From contig NW_003314284.1 of NCBI RefSeq assembly GCF_000143415.4, positions 1,683,715 through 1,747,714 of the forward strand: a stretch of 64,000 nucleotides of DNA. Direction: 5' to 3'. Below, in pieces: positions 1 to 14,018 of this stretch. The position numbers were made by a program, and so were the translations under genes. The number at the start of each line of letters is the position of its first letter. Within the stretch, counting starts at the first letter, position 1. The notes beneath the pieces are model-generated. The model did no database searches. It saw only the letters and a program-made list of their open reading frames with translations, and was not told the DNA's origin. The DNA is from Selaginella moellendorffii (Eukaryota; Plantae; Lycopodiophyta).

Positions 1-859
1 GCTAGTGACAAAAACCTTTATATATCCGAGATTAGTTCATCAATATCAGCTTACCATGTTTGCTAAACACCCTCACTATCAAGCCCTTTGTGTTAGTTTT
101 ATTTCGGTCCCAAGTGCTATTTATGGAAATTGTCTAGATTTGCTCATTTGGCATATTTACGGAATGTAGAAATTGTCTTGAACACAATAATGTTCGTCCC
201 GTCCCGTGTCGAAATTTGCAATTTAGGAACATTCCATATTTAGTAAGTTTCGAGCTTGTCCCAGAGACTAACTCTTGATACTAAAGGAGGTTTGGGGTGA
301 AAGCCCAAAGCGTATGTTCTTCAAGGGTGGGGGGGGGTTAGTCAGCATGGCCGACCAACCTGAGGCATAGTTTAGCTCTTGCTTGTACGCCTGTCCTTGT
401 TCTGCATCCGGTTTAGGTCTAAGCCCAAGTTCCATTTCATGCTAGCTGGTGAAGTCCTTGTGTTAGACCATTGGTATGCCAAAATAGCACTAGACTCTGT
501 TTGACTCTATTTTGCGTGTTGGTCCTGGCATTGAGATGCTGATTGCTCTAGGACTGATCCAAGTTGCTCCGTGCTCCTGTCCCTTTACTCCTTGGGCTGT
601 ATGCTCGAGAGTCATTCCGTGCTCTAGTGCCATTACTCCTTGGCTCCGTGCTTGGGAGTTTGGCATTATTTCTTCATTCAATGGCCCAAGGCTCTAAAAC
701 ACAAGTTCCACATCATTGTCCTTTAGATATATGGCATGTGACACGTGGCACATAGAGGGTTTAGGTTTCGCTTCGTGGTGTTATCCTATGGTAAATCACC
801 ATAATATAAAGGGTAAAAATTATGTGCGCTACACATTCACTCCCTTGAAGATTAGTGGG

Positions 860-1680
860 GGCTTTGGTTTATACTTGGGAACTACTTGAGGGATTAATTC
901 CACTTTGGTTTGTTCAACCTTATTTAGTTCTGCCTTAGTCCCCGCCAAAGGATCCACATGTTTTACACTGCTAGCATCTGTAGTTTTTCATTTTTTCTTC
1001 CGCTTCTCGTCACGCTTTAGCTTGTGTATGAGAGTCTCCAGCACTAATCAAGCCTTGGAACAACCAAACCTCACCACCGGACTCCTGTTTCAAAGTTTCC
1101 TCACTAGAGTCCTCCTCATGTAAGGATTCCTCATCCATAACTTTTTGTTTGACTGGAGGCTCCAACTCTGGAGGAAGTTTCATCTTCGCCTTTGTCATTT
1201 CCCAGTAATCCGCCTCTATCCTTCACTAGAACTAAGGAAAGGCTCTGATACCAAATTGTAAGCCACAAATTTTTCCTTTTCAATTTGCCAACTTACCTCA
1301 TTTATCTAACCAACATGGCCTTGGCCTTAGTTAAATTCCCTTGCCAAAGTTCTTGCCTATTGTACCAATTCTTACTTGGTCCTACTTGGTTTTAGCTACT
1401 CATTACACGAGCAACGAAGCATTAACCATCCATCCACAAATTCCCAAATCTCTCCCAATCCCCCTTCCTTTAGCTACACTCCTCGCAGGTACAAGCAGCC
1501 AAGCACACCAAACCTCCAGGTTCTTAATATCCCTTGGTATAACAAAACTTGATCATGGGACCTTCTAAATCCCAAACCTTGAGTGCAACACTTGCTTTAG
1601 GATACCGAGGGGGAAACACCGTGGCTTAACAACCTAGTATGGGTACCCTTACTCCCCCACTTCCATCCCAAAGGAAGACC
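860..1680 (-). mobile_element. Degenerate LTR retroelement fragment: LTR, tRNA-Met PBS and start of internal region
   Basis: 1241-1253 ggctctgatacca is the reverse complement of the canonical PBS TGGTATCAGAGCC, 3 nt from an LTR terminus (TG at 1257-1258, CA on minus). 860-1350 matches 5160-5680 in reverse complement, and 1257-1680 matches 5975-6358. Outer boundaries are approximate. Confidence 0.75.
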
Positions 1681-1759
1681 CAAGCGCCTAGAAAGGGCAA
1701 GGACCAATGAGCCGCAAGGTACTCAAGTGAGGCACCAGTTAAAAGATAAAATTTCTTCA

Positions 1760-4420
1760 AGGTTCTTAAAAACAATTCTAGGTAACTTAGTACTTAGAAA
1801 GGCAAGTGTAAATGGTTCATAGAACGCGCGAAATTAGAGTAGTGCATCAGAAGCGTGGTTTTGAAGCTTGCCATAAAGCAAAGCTATCAAGGTTGGAGAA
1901 GTAGTTCCTGAGTGTTCAAAGGGATGGCTTTGAACAAAAGTTGATAGTTAAAAACTTTCACGCTTATGTAGAAAACTATATTATGCTAGTAGGGTGACTT
2001 GCTAAACGAGATTGGCAAGTCAAGGGAACAACCCTAATTGAAGGTGTTGACTTCAAAAGGGGTGGCTTATGGGGCTAAGCATAGAGGAGTCCATGTAAGA
2101 TCAAAGACTTTTCAAGTGAGAGGATTATCAGTTCAGAAGAACTAGGTTTCTAACCTATGATCCATAACGCACTTTAAGTATAAGTTGGTGCATTGGCGTA
2201 GGGAGTCATGTCAGGCATCCTAAGTGATGCCGTTTGTAAATGCACATATGAAGTTTGGGTTTGAATCCCAACCCTTTAGTGCTTGGGTTCAAGTCCCAAC
2301 TCATTAGGGTGTGGTGATGGTTTAAAATATGAGGATACTCATTTTTCAGTCGTCATGGACTCTGAGTAAGGAGACTGGCTTGGGCACACTGCCAAGCGGG
2401 GGATGCCCCAGAATCATGATACAAGATTAGATTTCTTAGTGTGAAAGCTCAATATATCTAACTTGAACACTTTGGTGCAAGGGGCACAAAGGACATGGTG
2501 AATGAGATGGGGACACCTAGTTTCAGTTGTTATGGACCCTTGACTGAAAGGGTTGGCTTGGGTACACCGCCAAGTGTGAGGGATGCCCCTGGGGTCATGG
2601 TCAACAACTTAAAAGTTTGGAAAATCTAGTACCTATTAGCAAACCTGTTAAGGTGTCAAGGTTAGATCACTAAGTGATCTTATGGCTAAAACAAAGACAA
2701 GGTCTTTGTGAGGTTAAAAAATAAGATTTTTAGTTCAAAATGTTGATTTGAACTATTGATAATGGTGTAGCTTAGTCAAGGTGACCAAATGAGAAGAACA
2801 CTTAAAGGAAATGAGTTGTGACAATGCAATGGCATAGCAAATCCAAAAAAATAACCTTTATAAAAGACCTATGGGAGGGTCACAAAATTGGGTTATGGAT
2901 AAAGCCTACAGTAGAAAATGCTAAAGAGGCGTATTAGGGGTGAACACCCTCTGGACTTGGTAAAGCAGAGTCTTTACTATGGAATCAAAAGGATACCTCG
3001 AGAATGGAGGTAGCAATCCTATGTTGTTAAGTGCAATAATCAAAGGATATGAGCAAAAGACTAATGGCTAAGAAAAGAGCCATGGGAATCATGGAAAAGA
3101 ATACAAATAGCAAAGTTAGGCCATGAATACTAATATGTTGGATGTTAACAGATTGTGGGAAAAGCAATATGTCTCCAAGGATAGATTCCCAATTGCTCCG
3201 ATTTGGTGAAAGTGAAAGTTCTAAAGGAGGGAGCGGTAAGGTAGCCAAATGATAAGGCCATAAACAGCCCTAGCACAACTTATGATAACTGGAACTTAAT
3301 GCTAAAATTAGCACGAAATAAAAAAGAGGATGATGGTGCCCTTAAGTAGAGAACTTCCTAGGATGATAAAGTGGAATTTGCACAATATGTGCAATGAAAT
3401 GTGTCAGAAATACCTAAAAATTTGACTTTAAGAAGTCAAGATTAAAAATTCCAAAGTGGAATGATTATATCGATAAAAGTTGAAATTATTCGAAAATGAG
3501 TAATGGGATTGAGATAGAGAAGGTGTCTCTAACAGGTTTAGCAAGAATTAAACTAATAAAAGGGAGAGAACTACCATAGGTGGTCAAATAAGTCTCAATA
3601 TTGGAGAGACTATACTCCTTAAAGGATGGACAAAGCATGGTGAGCTTTCAATGTTAAACCATTGACGAATATTGGCTAAGTGTTAAGGATGGAAAGGGTA
3701 ATTTGTGCCAATATTACTTTATAAAATAGTTTATCGTTCGATGAGGACATTGAACTTCATCTATGGGTGGTGGAGTTGTGAGACACAAATCCCAAAGCCC
3801 CAAAAGTGGAGCCGAAAGGATGCCACGTGGTAGTGGCTGAAGTAGAAGCCAAACAGGAGTAACACGTTTGGACTAAAAGCTCTAACTTGGATAGTCAAGA
3901 ACGGGAGTGCAACTCCTAACGAAGTGCTTGAGAATGAATATGAAGCAAGCAGTAAGTGAGTCTCTAAAAAAAGGATATAAAAAGACCAACATATGACATA
4001 TGGAGGAGTTTGAGATGGAGTCTGAAATGGAGTCCCAAATGGATCCGAGATGGACCCGAGATGAAGTTTGAGATGAACCCGAGATGGAATCCGAGATAGA
4101 CCCGAGATGGAGTCTCAAATAAAGTTCAAAGTGGACCCAAGATGGAGTCCAAAATGGACTCGAGATGGAGTTCGAGATGGACCCGAGATGAAGTCCAAGA
4201 TGGACCCGAGATGGAGTCCAAGATGGAGCCCGAGATGGACTCGACATAGAGTGCAAGATGGACCTGAGATGGAGTCTGAGATGGAGTCTGAGATGGAACC
4301 AAGACCAAAATCGAATCCGAGTCCAAAACCGAGACCAAGACCAAGTCCGAGTCTGAGTCCGAATACTAATATAGGATGTTGGGTGAAAGCCCAAAGCAAT
4401 TATCCCCTTGGGGGGGGGGG
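1760..4420 (+). mobile_element. Decayed internal region of an LTR retroelement, ending in a polypurine tract
   Basis: No intact ORF and visibly CpG-poor. Ends in a G run (4410-4420) followed by TG at 4421. The upstream motif gggtgaaagcccaaagc (4381-4397) recurs at 295-311 before another G run (325-337). An internal ~80 bp direct repeat lies at 2343-2420 and 2521-2600. Confidence 0.5.
4010..4360 (+). repeat. 12-bp tandem minisatellite (GAGATGGASYCC-like), grading into 6-bp units
   Basis: Many consecutive degenerate units such as gagatggagtct and gagatggacccg. These explain the low-complexity ORFs on both strands. Confidence 0.9.
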
Positions 4421-4999
4421 TGCTACAAGGGGTTCTAAAAGTATAGTAGGGAGAGGTGGGGGTTGGACCCCAACCCCAATAGAGCTAGTTTGGCCTAAGA
4501 AGGCTGTACCCAGGTGTTAGGTGATGAGATAACCATTGGGAAGTCCAAAGCTCTAGTCCTTGATCTAATGGCAATGTTAGCAAACACAACCATAGATAGA
4601 GAGGGACTTGGTGGGAACCAAAAAAAAGATATTGGGGAAGGTTGTTCCCTATGTTTGCGAGCATCCTAAGGATGCTAGTGAGTGGATTTGGGATGACCAC
4701 TCATGGATGGATGACCCAATCTTTGAAAAACATGATTGTGATGTAGGTGATGTTAAACCACCAGTGTGGCAAAGGTGAAAGGGCATGGCCTTTGCGTAAC
4801 GGGCTAATATGTCGATGGTAACTTTGGGTGTTAGTCCTGGGATCAGATGCATGAAGCACTTAGACCAAGTGCAAAGGTTAAGTCACATAGATGCCATTCT
4901 CAGGGCTAGCAAGCCCTAAGTCCTGGATTGAACTTATGGAGGTTGTGAATGAGACTCCTCCAAATGGTTGGAGGTGTGGTTAAGTGACTAAAATAGAAA

Positions 5000-6358
5000 T
5001 AAAAATTTAGTCGCTTACAAAGTCTAGTCTAACCCAATGAGGGGGATTGAGAGAGAATTTGAAAATCCATAAATGGATTGCTAATACTTTATTCCTCATG
5101 TAATGAGTGGTTGAATCCAAGTAGGATTAAATAAAAGTTGGTACAATATACATGAATATTGACAAGGGAACTTAATTAAGGTCAAGGTAAAGATGGTCAA
5201 ATAGATAAGATAAGATAACAAATTGGAGAAGGAAAATTTATAGCTTACAATTTAATATCAGAGCCTTTTTCTCAGTTAAAACAAAAGATAAAGGCAAATC
5301 ACTAAAAGATGGCTAAAACAAGGCATAAGCAAACCAAGGTAGATACAAAACCTCTTCTAGAGATGGAGCCTCCAATAAAACTAGAAGTTGTGGATAAGAA
5401 ATCCCTCCATAAGGAGGACTTCAATGAGTGAGTTTAGTGGCAAGGTTCCGTCATTTAGAACTTGATTAAACACTCTAGAAAGATAATTAATATAAACCAA
5501 TGCTTTATTAGAGACATTCCTAAACTAAAGCGTGACAAGAAACAAAAGAAAAGGTAAAAGACTATCAATGCTAGTAGTAAAGAAGACACCCTTTAGCAGG
5601 CACTGAAGTAGAATTAAACAAGATTGAGCAAAGTGGAGTTTGTCCTTCAAGTAATTCCTAAGTATAAACTAAAAGAAGGGTTGCAAAGGGTTCCAAAAGT
5701 ATAATAAAGATAATAAGGTTAAAGACATAATTTTGAAAGAACTCTTTAGTGGTACTTCCAAATTAAATTGAGATTGGGATTGGGGATTAATGGCATCAGG
5801 TGGGAGTGAACATAAACTCAGGGGTGCTAAAAAAGCCCCTTAAAGAAGTGATCAAAAGCAATTCTCACTCCCTAGAAGGGAAATTGCCTATAGTGCTCCT
5901 AACTCAAATGAAGTGGTATCTTATTTAAGTGTTATGCAATTCATTGATCTTCACTCCTTTTTAAGGGTTTATACCTTCCCTTTGGGATGGAGGTGGGCCT
6001 ATACCAAACTATTAAGCTATAATATTTCCCCCTAAGGTTCTGAAATAAGAAATGCATCCAAACTTAGAATTTAGAAAGTCTTATAATCAAGTTTATTGTA
6101 CAAGGGATGTTAGGCTTAGTGTGCTTGGCTGCTTATGTTTGTAAAAGTGTAATTAAATTTTAAGTCCAATCTAACCTAGAGAAGGGAATGAAAGAGAATT
6201 TAATAATTTATGGATGGATGGCTAACACATGTTGCTCGACGAAGTAAAAGCTGGTACAATAGGTGTAAACATTGGCAATGGAATTTAGCTAAAATCAAGG
6301 TAAAAATGGTTGAGAAAATGAAGTTGACAAATTGGAAAAAGAAACTTTGTAACTTGCA
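5000..6358 (+). mobile_element. Short non-autonomous LTR element remnant: LTR end, PBS, ~0.7 kb internal region, LTR
   Basis: The first LTR copy ends ...cttaCA at 5249 and is followed by a degenerate PBS taatatcagagcc (5253-5265). A second LTR copy at ~5975-6358 ends ...cttgCA. Same family as 860-1680 but in opposite orientation. Confidence 0.65.
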
Positions 6359-7349
6359 CCCTTATCAAGTTTTTGCAATAGTCATTAGTCAACATTGTTG
6401 AAGATTTTTCAACATCTTTAATTATACCTTTCTATTTATTTGATAAAAATGTAATTGCCTTCAATAAATTTTCAAGTTCTATAACATATCCAATTTGCAA
6501 TATTCTTTAGATCAATCATAAAGTTATGCTCCTTTAACATCAACTTTAATAGCAATTAACAAAAAATCTAAATATGTTTCATCTAAACTAACAAAAAATT
6601 CTAAAAGCAATCTAGAGATGCTTTATATATAATAAACAATAGCATTTATCATCTTCCTTCTACAATAAATGTAATTGCTAGAATTGTTTGTGATGAGTAT
6701 CTAATAGTAAGTTATAAACTTAGTGTATTATTGAGCATGATTCTTGTGAATCACATGAGTAGTTATTTATTTCCTTCACCATATTTTTATATAGGATATA
6801 TTCACACCATGATAAATTTCTTTAATTATACTTTTAGTTTTGAGACTAGGCTTTTCCACTAAATTTTAGTATAATTGACAATCCAAGTAGAAGAAACTTC
6901 ATTATTCCCTAAATGCATGGCTTGACTATATTCATGATTGCTCATGAATATTTTGATAAAGCAAACTGGTCCTTTCTCCAATATTGAAATAAGTTTTTTT
7001 AATATATTATATATCTTTTTTTATCTAGTACAATTATGGAAAATTTAAAGTACACATTAACAATCTCTTACTTCACTACTCTTTAACCAAATCAAAAAAT
7101 TAACACTCATAAACCCAAAATCTTTTAACCCTAATCCCAGATGTAGGATTATTTTATTTGAAAGGTGTTATAAATACCAAAAAACTTTATAGGAATGCTA
7201 ATCATGTATTCCATGGCCATTAGCTAACACCTATATAACTATAACCCAAAACCCCTTAGATATTACAGATTGATTGCCATATTTTTCATATGTTGGGAGA
7301 CAAACGTCCAAATAGAAAGTAATTGAGGTACTTATTATGGCAACATCCT

Positions 7350-7860
7350 TATGACTTGTTTGTTTTTGTTTTTGTTTTACATGTTTTGGCATCAAGTTGC
7401 AAGAAACTTTTGCTTTGACATTAAAACCTTCATCAGGCAACACAATCAAAGTATGGAAACTTGATAATCGCTACAGGTTGCACTGCAGCCAGGTATGTAT
7501 AACTTCCTTGGTGATAAACACAGTGAATACTTGAATTATCTATCCCTTCCAGAAAGGAGCAAATTAAACAGTTCTAATTGTGGATAAATAGGATTGGATG
7601 TCATCCTCCTGGAATATTGATACTGCGGTAATTTGGCATGTTAATGTGTGTTCTATTTCTTGTACAGGTTGTCTTCCCTGAACCATATAATGTTTAGATT
7701 ATTCTGAAGCACTACCAGAAATTTTACGAGGACCGGTCGTTAGGGTAGCCCCAAGAAGAAAAAAACGAAGTCAAAAGGGTCCTGTTGTCAGTAAAATTGT
7801 TTCTGGAAGCAGTGGCCGCGTGGATCTATCAGACAGGACGACGTGTGTATTTTGGGCACT
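7350..7860 (+). pseudogene. Degenerate partial duplicate of the adjacent MDAR gene (exons and introns)
   Basis: Blocks match 8835-9600 in order, e.g. aagtatggaaacttgataatcgctacaggttgcactgcagccaggtatgt vs ~8957-9007, and ggtcctgttgtcagtaaaatt. Contains internal deletions and frameshifts. Confidence 0.85.
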
Positions 7861-8229
7861 GCCTTGTTTCTGTGCAATTTTGAAGCTTGAGAACTCACCT
7901 TGACAGTTTTCGACAGATTGCTGAGAGATCAAAGTTTTCTCGAGCGCATCCACGCAGTGGATATAGCGTCTGTTTCCTAAGCAGAAGGTCACCCCTGTCC
8001 GGCGCGATCAATAGAAAACTCTTACAACCACTCCATCTGAGTTTTCGAAAATTCTTTCGAGTTTCTTGGAAATAAACTAACTCTGTGCTGGCTCGAGAAG
8101 ACAATGGCCATGTTGCCCCTTACATGGCGTCAAGTGGTGCCTCGTTTCGCTATAAGTAAATGGACTGAATGGCGATTTTTTTTTTAATTTATTTTTCAAA
8201 TGGAGGCCCAGGGTTTTTCTCCTTGTTCC

Positions 8230-10626
<2,397 letters not shown>

Positions 10627-10801
10627 AAATTCTGGGCCAAGATTTTTCGTCAAGTCGAGAGGTACGAACGAACGAGCTTTTAAGCTTTAAGGAATGGAAT
10701 GAATGGTGTTATTGGGTGTTCTTGCAATAAAATTACAGATGGTGGTCAGCAGTGAAAAAAATTAATAGGGTAAAAAATAAAAAAATTTCTTCTCAATCTT
10801 G

Positions 10802-11440
10802 TCAGTGGTGTTCCTCTTGTTTGGTGTTTTTCTCATCATCCTCTTCTTCTTTTTCTTCCTTGTGTTCGTCCTCTTCTTTCTTGGAGTTTTGCTCCTGGCG
10901 TGGCCGGGGAGCAAACACTTCCGAGTCGGGCGGGACGAAGAATGCTAGCTGGGCGGATCGTTTCCTGGAGGACGAAGAAGAAATCGTGGAGAGCAGCAAC
11001 GAGGAAGAGGAAGGAAATGAGGAGGATCTGGGAAGCTTGCGAGGCGCTGGCGGGCACTCTGTTGGCTCTGGGATCCTGTGTTCTTCCCCTTTTGGAGTGG
11101 CCTGGAGCTCTTCCAATTCTCGCAATTCTAATCCTCCTTCCTGGCTGCGCGATGGCGTGGCAGCTCCATCCTGAGATTCCAGAGATTGGGTAGCAGGCGG
11201 CGTGGATTCCAGTGTGGAGTCGCGAATTTCGTGCGATTGGGCAGCGCCCACGATGGCTTGCGCCGCCAATTGCTGGATCGATGCCCCTGTTGTTCCCCTG
11301 TTGATGGAATCCTGCTCTTCCACCTCCTCTTCCTCCACCCGCACAACCAGAGCTACTCTCTCCTCGTCCTTCTCGCGATTGCGATTGGTCACTCCTCCCT
11401 CTTCCACATTTTGGTGGCTGCTGCTGCTGCTGCTGGACAT
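10802..11440 (-). CDS. SMR: SIAMESE-RELATED (SMR) cyclin-dependent kinase inhibitor, intronless
   Basis: SMR motifs in order: ATPK..EHRIP, CPPAPRK, FFVPPDSEVF. Likely ATG at 11440 (MSSSSSSSHQ); the reading frame is open to 11632. Confidence 0.8.
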   Translation of the reverse strand: MSSSSSSSHQNVEEGGVTNRNREKDEERVALVVRVEEEEVEEQDSINRGTTGASIQQLAAQAIVGAAQSHEIRDSTLESTPPATQSLESQDGAATPSRSQEGGLELRELEELQATPKGEEHRIPEPTECPPAPRKLPRSSSFPSSSSLLLSTISSSSSRKRSAQLAFFVPPDSEVFAPRPRQEQNSKKEEDEHKEEKEEEDDEKNTKQEEHH

Positions 11441-11899
11441 TGCCTTGATGGATTCCGCGAGGTAGAAGATTTCTTCTACTTCGAAGAGCTCGATTGATGG
11501 CGAATTGGAGAGAATTGCCGATGATACTCTACCTGGATTTCCTCCTTGGGATCTCTGCTGGTACTTGTATCCTCGTTGACGAGAGCCCAGATCAATGATG
11601 GCGAGGGACAAGAGGAGGCTCTTCTCACACATCCCAAAACAAAAACGTCGCTAGCTCTTGGATTGGGTTGAATGGATGAGATTGACGAGGAGGAAGAAGG
11701 GCTTTGTATGTGCGACGCGAGTGAGAGAGTCTAACCGTGACCAACAAGGTAGGCTAGAAAAGCTGGTGCTGACAAAGCAAGGAACCCGAGGCCCCGCTTT
11801 TTTTCCGCTTTTGTTTCTTAGGCCAGTCAAAACCTGCCACGTGTTTACCAAATTTTATTTTTACTTTTACAACTTTTCTGTAAAGATATTCTAAAGGAA

Positions 11900-13960
11900 G
11901 AATTGATTATGTTCATTTTATGATATTTTTGACCATGAATTTTGTTTGTACACTATTACATATGTGATTTATTCTTAAAATTTATATAGTTAGCTGAAAA
12001 ATCTGATTTTTCATAATAATTAATACTTAGTTAATAAATAATTAATACTTAGTTAATAAATTTTTGGTTTATTCTACAATTTAATTTATTAAAAGCTAAT
12101 ACTAATAAAAAATTCATGGGTTTATATAGTCTTTATAGTTTTATCCTTTCAACTAAAACCCCTCAAAGTAGTAAATTTATTTATATTAATATGAATGAAA
12201 TAATGATAGTATCATATTACATCACAAAATGAAATCAAGTTATTATATTTATATTCTTTAGGTAAAAGTTTTATATTTAATGATGTTTATAAATAAATTT
12301 ATATATTAACTTATTAAAACTTTAGAATTACTTCTTGAGTTTTAGTAATTGCAACACACTAAAGCACTATACTAAAGAAGTATCTCATTAATCATCTTTA
12401 TTTCATTTTTTTTATCATATATATTAATCCTTGATGACTTTAACCCACAAAAATATTTTTTTTATATGACAAATCAAACAAAGAATTAGTTAAAAAATTA
12501 TATATATTAGTTAATTCAAATTTATTATATTCAATTTTATAAATAAAATTCATAGATAATATTGTGGAATAATTTATTTTTTAAATTATAAATTTGTTAT
12601 TTTGTTAATTTTTTTAAAACAAAAAATATGTTATATTATAAGTATAATAAGAACTATTTTCTAATATTATTTAAGTTAAATAATTCACCTATACAAATAA
12701 ATTAAAAACAAGTTTTATATTTTTTAGATTGAACTTTGCATAAGATAAAACTTATATCTCTAGGTTTTATGATTTTTAAACTCACTTTAAAATTTATTTA
12801 TTTTAAAATCTTGCATTAAAATAATAACATATTTTATTTGTATTAGTGAATAGAATATTAGTTATTATTACTTTCAAAAAGATTTAAACATTCTTTTTGA
12901 GTCCCAAAGTTTGAAATTAAAATATTTATATTATATAATCTAGATTAAAATATTTACCTTTAATTTTTGAATTAAAATACTTAATTAATGTTTAAAATTT
13001 AAAGAGCTCCATAAATAAATTTTAATATATCAAGGGAGGATGTTAAAAACTTATAGATTTATATTTATAAAGAGTGTAATTGAACCTTAAGTCCATTTAT
13101 CTTAGGAAAAAAGAATTTGAAAAAAAATTAGGAATAAATTAAGAAGTGCTTAACACATTATTGTTAGTTTAGTAAATATTTTAAATTTACTAGGAATAGA
13201 TACCAGAAAAAAGAATTTAACTATGACTAAGTTGCAAAAGCAATATTTATAACTTTCAATATTATTTTACACTCACTTTAATATGTATTATGATGTCATT
13301 TTTTAAATTTAAATATAAATTTAAATATTATTAAAAGAGTCTCATAAAAAATATTTTAAACATAATATAAAAAGTGCAAGGTCCTTGAGGAAAATTAATT
13401 TACAAAATATATTATTTTAATGCTTTAGTTATCATTACATAATGAAAATAAATAAGGGATGATATGAAATATTAGTGATGCTATATATATTTAAATTCCG
13501 CAAGCATATACTGATTACCAAACTCTTATTGACATATAAGAATGAGGAAGAAACAAAGCTAAGCTAGCTAAAAATCATAGAACCTTCCCTAGTGAAGAAA
13601 TTATTTATGATAAAAAAAACATGGCTTACTTGATTAAATTAAATTGATTACGAAATTAGAGATTTTAAAATACATACAAAGTAAATTTTTATGAACAAAC
13701 TCATCCTAATTAAAATCTTAGAATAATACTAATTAAAAATCACAAGTTTAAAGTAAAATTGAAATATAATGTTCTTGGCTTGAATTAGTTTTATTTTAAT
13801 ATTTATGTCTCAAATTACTGTTTAACTAATTTTGCTCATGAATAAGTATTTCTGAGACATTGGATAATCTTAAGAAGTGCAAAATTAGTTTATAGAAAAT
13901 AAGTTCTCATACTTACAATATAAAAAAGAAACCAAACTTTCAATGTTTCATTGACATTAA
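11900..13960. other. Extremely AT-rich non-coding tract
   Basis: No ORF of 60 aa or more over 2 kb and almost no CG dinucleotides. A ~23 bp tandem duplication lies at 12015-12060. Confidence 0.8.
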
Positions 13961-14018
13961 GAATGATTGATAATGAGAATGATAGATGATTGTCTTTCCA
14001 AGTTCTTTTGGTTTTACT

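Noticed and set aside
3882-4520. Repetitive ORFs on both strands; superficial CRISPR-like periodicity
   Set aside because: Produced by a 12-bp tandem repeat with no unique spacers, in a eukaryotic context with no cas genes.
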